Shown piece after piece: positions 60,749-64,000 of a DNA stretch of 64,000 nucleotides. The notes below the pieces were generated by a model. It did no database searches, was not told the DNA's origin, and saw nothing but the letters and a program-made list of their open reading frames with translations. The stretch lies in the sequence record ON210139.1; one strand, 5' to 3'. Made by a program: the position numbers and the translations under genes. Numbering within the stretch: the stretch's first letter is position 1; each line of letters opens with the position of its first letter. Source of the stretch: Escherichia phage EC128.

Positions 60749-61264
60749 ATGCCACATTTCAACGAATGTAGTCAACTGATCGAAGGCGCTGATAAAGCTC
60801 AAAATGAGTATTGGGATATTCTCGGTGATGAAAAAGACCCGCTGCAGGTTATGCTTGATATGCAGAAATCTTTACAGGTTCGTTTAGCAAATGACCGCGA
60901 ATACTGTTATCATCCAGATAAATTAGAAACTGCCGGTGATGTTGTTTCTTGGATGCGTGAACAAAAAGACTGTATTGATGATGAATTCCGCGAACTTCTG
61001 ACTTCTCTTGGTGAAATGTCACGTGGTGAAAAAGATGCATCGGCAGTTTGGAAAAAATGGAAAGCACGTTATATTGAAGCGCAAGAAAAACGCATTGATG
61101 AAATGTCCCCAGAAGATCAGCTCGAAATTAAATTTGAGCTTGTGGATATATTTCATTTCGTATTAAATATGTTTGCTGGCCTTGGAATGAATGCGGAAGA
61201 AATCTTTAAACTTTATTATTTGAAAAATAAACATAATTTTGAACGTCAAGATAATGGGTATTAA
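60749..61264 (+). CDS. 56: dCTPase/dCTP pyrophosphatase gp56
   Basis: 171 aa, MazG-like acidic helical protein at the T4 gene 56 position. Confidence 0.75.
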   Translation: MPHFNECSQLIEGADKAQNEYWDILGDEKDPLQVMLDMQKSLQVRLANDREYCYHPDKLETAGDVVSWMREQKDCIDDEFRELLTSLGEMSRGEKDASAVWKKWKARYIEAQEKRIDEMSPEDQLEIKFELVDIFHFVLNMFAGLGMNAEEIFKLYYLKNKHNFERQDNGY

Positions 61265-61928
61265 ACAAAAATTTTATAGAACATATATAGTAAAAGTTAG
61301 GACGCCGAAAGGCGTCTTTTGGTACGCTGGGAAACATGAATCATTTATTGTAAATCCATATGATGATAAATATCCGGGGTCAGGCAAAATACTATGGAAC
61401 ATATATCGTAAGTATGGTTTTAATTATAAAATACGTTGGTCAAAATGCCATGGTTCTAGAGAAAAATCATATGAAGTTGAACGCGAGCTAATATCTGCAT
61501 TAAAACGTAAACACCCAGATACTTGCATTAATATTTCTCCTGGTGGTCAGGGTGGAGAAGGAAGAAAATGGACTGAGCAACAACGATTAGAACATAAACT
61601 TAGATTAAACAATCCTGAAACAAAAACTCGGATGAAGAATTCACAACGTATAGCCCAAAATAGAGCAGAACGAAAAGCTCGGCAATCTGAAGTAATGAAA
61701 AAGTTTTATTCGAATGGCGGAAATAAAAAGATTTCAGAAGGAACTTCAAGGGCGCAAAGAAAAGCGCCGCATTGGCATGAACCGCTTAAAAGCGAAATAC
61801 ATGAGTTATGGGTTTCTTTAGGTAAACCAGCAACAGGCCCGGTTGTAAAGGCGCTTAAAGGAAAATATGATGTAACAAGTTCAGCTCTTAAGAATTTAAT
61901 TTACTTATTCAGAAAAGAAGATATATAA
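61254..61928 (+). CDS. segF: GIY-YIG homing endonuclease SegF-like
   Basis: 224 aa from ATG 61254; YRTYIVKV...FWYAGKHES...YPGSG; between 56 and soc. Confidence 0.75.
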   Translation: MGIKQKFYRTYIVKVRTPKGVFWYAGKHESFIVNPYDDKYPGSGKILWNIYRKYGFNYKIRWSKCHGSREKSYEVERELISALKRKHPDTCINISPGGQGGEGRKWTEQQRLEHKLRLNNPETKTRMKNSQRIAQNRAERKARQSEVMKKFYSNGGNKKISEGTSRAQRKAPHWHEPLKSEIHELWVSLGKPATGPVVKALKGKYDVTSSALKNLIYLFRKEDI

Positions 61929-61929
61929 A
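61922..61929 (+). promoter_or_regulatory. late promoter TATAAATA
   Basis: Exact motif about 33 nt upstream of soc. Confidence 0.65.
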
Positions 61930-61961
61930 TAATCATGTAATTTAAATAAAAGGAGAATTAC

Positions 61962-62207
61962 ATGGCTAGTACTCGCGGTTATGTTAATATCAAAACATTT
62001 GAGCAGAAATTAGATGGAAATAAGAAAATTGAAGGAAAGGAAATTTCAGTAGCTTTCCCTCTTTATTCTGATGTTCACAAAATTTCTGGCGCTCATTACC
62101 AGACATTCCCTTCAGAAAAAGCAGCATATACTACTGTATATGAAGAAAATCAGCGTACTGAATGGATTGCTGCAAACGAAGATTTGTGGAAAGTAACTGG
62201 TGAATAA
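61962..62207 (+). CDS. soc: small outer capsid protein Soc
   Basis: 81 aa, MASTRGYVNIKTFEQKLDGNKK... Confidence 0.85.
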   Translation: MASTRGYVNIKTFEQKLDGNKKIEGKEISVAFPLYSDVHKISGAHYQTFPSEKAAYTTVYEENQRTEWIAANEDLWKVTGE

Positions 62208-62213
62208 ATTCAA

Positions 62214-62237
62214 GGACTCCTTCGGGAGTCCTTTTTC
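62214..62237 (+). terminator. rho-independent terminator
   Basis: GGACTCC-TTCG-GGAGTCC then TTTTT. Confidence 0.75.
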
Positions 62238-62246
62238 ATTTAAATG

Positions 62247-62284
62247 GTTTACTTTCCAAAATGAGTATGGTATAATAGAATTAT
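62247..62284 (+). promoter_or_regulatory. early promoter
   Basis: GTTTAC ... TATGGTATAAT. Confidence 0.55.
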
Positions 62285-62302
62285 CTTATAGAGGAGAGCA
62301 CT

Positions 62303-62509
62303 ATGTTAAATCGCTGGATTAAACCAAATGAAGATTTAGATATTATCATTTCACGACATGTAATGAAGAAATATGAACTACAACCATGGTCTACAGAAGT
62401 TGTTGTGCATTCATTTATGATGTACGCAGATGGTTCTGTCGAATTTAATGCAGAGATTCGATATGATTATGGTGAAAAGCAAGTCGAATTCAAAAGAGGC
62501 TTTTTGTAA
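62303..62509 (+). CDS. hypothetical small protein
   Basis: 68 aa, GAGGAGAG RBS. Confidence 0.5.
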   Translation: MLNRWIKPNEDLDIIISRHVMKKYELQPWSTEVVVHSFMMYADGSVEFNAEIRYDYGEKQVEFKRGFL

Positions 62510-62850
62510 TGTTTATCTTTAATTGGTTTAAAAGTTTCTTTACAGATTTTTTCTCTACGACTCCTGGAGAAGGTGTAGTTCCTATTTCAAATGACTACCT
62601 TCCTTTAACTGTAGTTGAATATGTTTATATGGGAGATGGAACAGTCGAAGCAGTCACTATGACTTATGAAGAAGCCCAAGAATATTATAAAAATCCTTGG
62701 CGCTGGTCAGTACCTACTACATCATCTAATGCACAGAATACACAGTCTAGTTCTGATTCATATGATACTAATGTTCCTGTTCATGTATGGATGGGCGATT
62801 CATGTGGAAGTTCTTGTGATTCTGGTTGTTCATCTACATCTTGCGATTGA
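62509..62850 (+). CDS. hypothetical protein with Cys/Ser-rich C-terminal tail
   Basis: 113 aa ending ...[18 protein letters not shown]. Confidence 0.5.
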   Translation: MFIFNWFKSFFTDFFSTTPGEGVVPISNDYLPLTVVEYVYMGDGTVEAVTMTYEEAQEYYKNPWRWSVPTTSSNAQNTQSSSDSYDTNVPVHVWMGDSCGSSCDSGCSSTSCD

Positions 62851-62858
62851 GGAAAATT

Positions 62859-63344
62859 ATGGAAGCGATTTTGTTTGAAATGTATATTAGCAGTAATAGC
62901 ATGTCGTTTGCTAAAGATGTTCCAATTACTGTAGCCGTAGTGATTGATAAGGGTTATTGTAACCCTATGTATCTCGTAGAAAATTTCGTTTCAATGCCAG
63001 TTCCAGAAGATGTTGAAATAAAACTTAAAAAGATCGGAATTATTGAAACTGTGCCAAATAGTCCGTTTAGAGCAATTGAAGCATTTACTAAATCCGAATA
63101 CATTAATGTTAGCGCAGAACAATATAATGGTAATCCTTTATCTTTTTATTCGTACGATTCAGTATATGACTGGAAAATAAATGAAGGAAATAAATTTATA
63201 ATTGCGAGTGAAGATGCTTTATCATACTTTATTTATTATGTATGGAATAATTTAAACCCAAATTTGCTAAAAATTCATGAATTTGACGATGCTCCTACTA
63301 TTGTTTTAGGTAAAATAAATGAAAGTTCTGAAGAAGATTCTTGA
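62859..63344 (+). CDS. hypothetical protein
   Basis: 161 aa from ATG 62859 with GAGGAAAA RBS. Confidence 0.5.
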   Translation: MEAILFEMYISSNSMSFAKDVPITVAVVIDKGYCNPMYLVENFVSMPVPEDVEIKLKKIGIIETVPNSPFRAIEAFTKSEYINVSAEQYNGNPLSFYSYDSVYDWKINEGNKFIIASEDALSYFIYYVWNNLNPNLLKIHEFDDAPTIVLGKINESSEEDS

Positions 63345-63522
63345 ATGGCTCAATAGACCAAACTCAATGTATATTGATGATGGCTGTGTTGAACAAGCAA
63401 ATAAAGAAATGCAGAACGAATCAGAAGAGTGGATGAAATCTATGATTAAAGCTGAGCAAGAAAAGAAATTAGAGCGCTCAGCTCTTAAATTAATGAGAGA
63501 TATTTACGGTGATAAATCATGA
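63319..63522 (+). CDS. hypothetical small protein
   Basis: 67 aa. Confidence 0.45.
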   Translation: MKVLKKILEWLNRPNSMYIDDGCVEQANKEMQNESEEWMKSMIKAEQEKKLERSALKLMRDIYGDKS

Positions 63523-63683
63523 GCAAAGATATGACGTTAGAAGAGGCCAAAGCAAAAGCAAATGAAGCCTTGGATTTGCTTCTTAAAATTGGCAGTAAAA
63601 TGATGGAAGAAAATGAGAAATATATCCAGGAAAACAAAATTCCTGACGGTCCATTAGTAGGCAAAAGGAAATCACATGATTGA
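63519..63683 (+). CDS. hypothetical small protein
   Basis: 54 aa, ATGA coupling. Confidence 0.4.
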   Translation: MSKDMTLEEAKAKANEALDLLLKIGSKMMEENEKYIQENKIPDGPLVGKRKSHD

Positions 63684-64000
63684 AGTAGCAAAACATTATT
63701 CAATAGAATTTATGTCCAAAGAAGGTAAATCAGTAAATACACTTGATAAAAATTGCTCGTTAATTATTCCTTTAGCAGAAAATCCGGATATTTTAATTAA
63801 AGATATAAAAGAAAGAAAATATCCAGAAAATATTATTCTAATTATAAAGCATACTGAAGATATTTTGCAGAATACTGATTCACCGTTTTCTTCTTCTGAA
63901 GCTTTAACTATTAAAGGCTATAAAAGAGCTCATGAATATGGTCTTTTTGACATGTTTGAAGACGATAAAGTTAAATTAGCGAGTCAACCTTCTAAAAGTA
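63676..64000 (+). CDS. hypothetical protein, 3' end beyond window
   Basis: Frame open from ATG 63676 to the window edge. Confidence 0.45.
   Translation, partial: MIEVAKHYSIEFMSKEGKSVNTLDKNCSLIIPLAENPDILIKDIKERKYPENIILIIKHTEDILQNTDSPFSSSEALTIKGYKRAHEYGLFDMFEDDKVKLASQPSKS

Overview
This window reads as a 64-kb stretch of a T-even (T4-like) phage genome, oriented so that almost every gene lies on the + strand; all calls are from reading the sequence and recalled protein families, with no searches run. Gene order follows the T4 map: 2, 3, 1, 57A, 57B, ipI, a cluster of eight tRNAs with segB inserted, nudE, e (lysozyme), denV, regB-like, tk, rI, nrdC, pin, 49, nrdD (split by a group I intron carrying an I-TevII-like ORF), nrdG, 55, a-gt, 47, 46, rpbA, 45, 44, 62, regA, 43, imm, 42, uvsX, 40, 41, dmd, sp, 61, dam, 56, segF, soc. 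It is probably not T4 itself: the lysozyme differs at about three residues from the T4 sequence as I recall it, the beta-gt slot holds a different DxD-type glycosyltransferase, and no ipII/ipIII pair sits between denV and e. Regulatory signals are dense: early promoters (GTTTAC -35), MotA-box middle promoters, TATAAATA late promoters, UUCG-loop terminator hairpins and the gene 43 translational operator. The less ordinary content is a nuclease-fold ORF translationally coupled to dam with a convergent antisense membrane ORF, a nucleotidyltransferase plus AAA+ ATPase pair, four tandem paralogs with coiled-coil tails, a periplasm-targeted transglycosylase/macro-domain cluster, a host-derived grcA-like gene, and six GIY-YIG endonuclease genes. 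Three open frames look interrupted: an internal-protein-like gene split at an A8 run, a glutaredoxin-like frame with no start codon, and a membrane-protein frame split by an in-frame TGA. Several short promoter/terminator cassettes recur almost verbatim. No CRISPR array, integrase or transposase was seen. Coordinates of RNA ends, promoters and splice sites are approximate to a few nucleotides.
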